In this document: one piece after another, positions 19,762 to 20,000 of the stretch
Layout of the letters: each line of letters opens with the position of its first letter
Numbering within the stretch: the stretch's first letter is position 1
The notes under the pieces: model-generated
What the model saw: only the letters and a program-made list of their open reading frames with translations
What the model was told of the DNA's origin: nothing
Databases searched by the model: none
From: Chiloscyllium plagiosum
Taxonomy: Eukaryota
DNA length: 20,000 bases
Reading direction: 5' to 3'
NCBI RefSeq assembly: GCF_004010195.1
Contig: NC_057711.1
Coordinates: 69,752,238-69,772,237, forward strand
Program-made: the position numbers and the translations under genes

Positions 19762-20000
19762 GAGGAGAAAGTGAGGACTGCAGATGCTGGAGATCAGAGC
19801 TGAAAATGTGTTGCTGGAAAAGCGCAGCAGGTCAGGCAGCATCCAAGGAAAAGGTGAATCGACGTTTCAGGCATAAGCCCTTCTTCAGGAATGAGGAAAG
19901 TGTGTCCAGCAGGCTAAGATAAAAGGTAGGGAGGAGGGACTTGGGGGAGGGGCGTTGGAAATGCGATAGGTGGAGGGAGGTCAAGGTGAGGGTGATAGGC
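19762..20000 (-). mobile_element. Young Penelope-like element terminus, running off the window
   Basis: GAGAAAGTGAGGACTGCAGATGCTGGAGATCAGAG...GCTGGAAAAGCGCAGCAGGTCAGGCAGCATCC...; same family as 1036, 2076 and 4474; contains a hammerhead core. The Penelope assignment is from recalled shark repeats plus the ribozyme, since no coding region is in the window. Confidence 0.8.
19856..19892 (-). ncRNA. Minimal type I hammerhead ribozyme motif with intact core
   Basis: Minus strand AUUC CUGAAGA A GGGC UUAU GCCU GAAA CGUC GAUUC: CUGANGA (19888-19882), helix II, GAAA (19868-19865), palindromic ACGU, and GUC triplet (19863-19861). Confidence 0.75.

Noticed and set aside
9500..20000. First exon of a downstream gene such as SNX24, the neighbour in mammals
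   Set aside because: No CpG island or matching peptide seen; nearly all sequence is explained by repeats.
1..20000. CRISPR array, operon or prokaryotic defence system
   Set aside because: Spliced vertebrate gene and eukaryotic retroelements; no regularly spaced repeats and no dense coding.

Overview
Eukaryotic, repeat-rich vertebrate DNA. The repeat families (HE1-type V-SINE, several CR1 families, Penelope-like elements, Tx1) point to a shark or other elasmobranch; the taxon is inferred. The only host gene is the 3' end of sorting nexin 2 (SNX2) on the + strand: three phase-0 coding exons (7938-8018, 8112-8183, 8993-9043) and a 3' UTR with AATAAA at 9464. The ORF track misses these exons. 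Bases 1-7937 appear to be one long SNX2 intron, and everything after ~9500 is intergenic retroelement debris with a 233-N gap. Best finding: a three-level nest in which a Tx1 LINE is split by a 1,922-bp TGTTG...CAACA element with a perfect 5-bp target-site duplication (GCAAC), probably a long solo LTR I cannot assign to a family, which itself carries a Penelope GIY-YIG fragment. Also notable: four Penelope-associated minimal hammerhead ribozyme motifs (one with an intact core), a 38-bp fold-back Penelope micro-insertion with a 15-bp duplication, a CR1/SINE-head/CR1 chimera, and a G-quadruplex-type tract grown inside a CR1. Repeat family names come from recalled motifs, not database searches, and boundaries of degenerate repeats are approximate.
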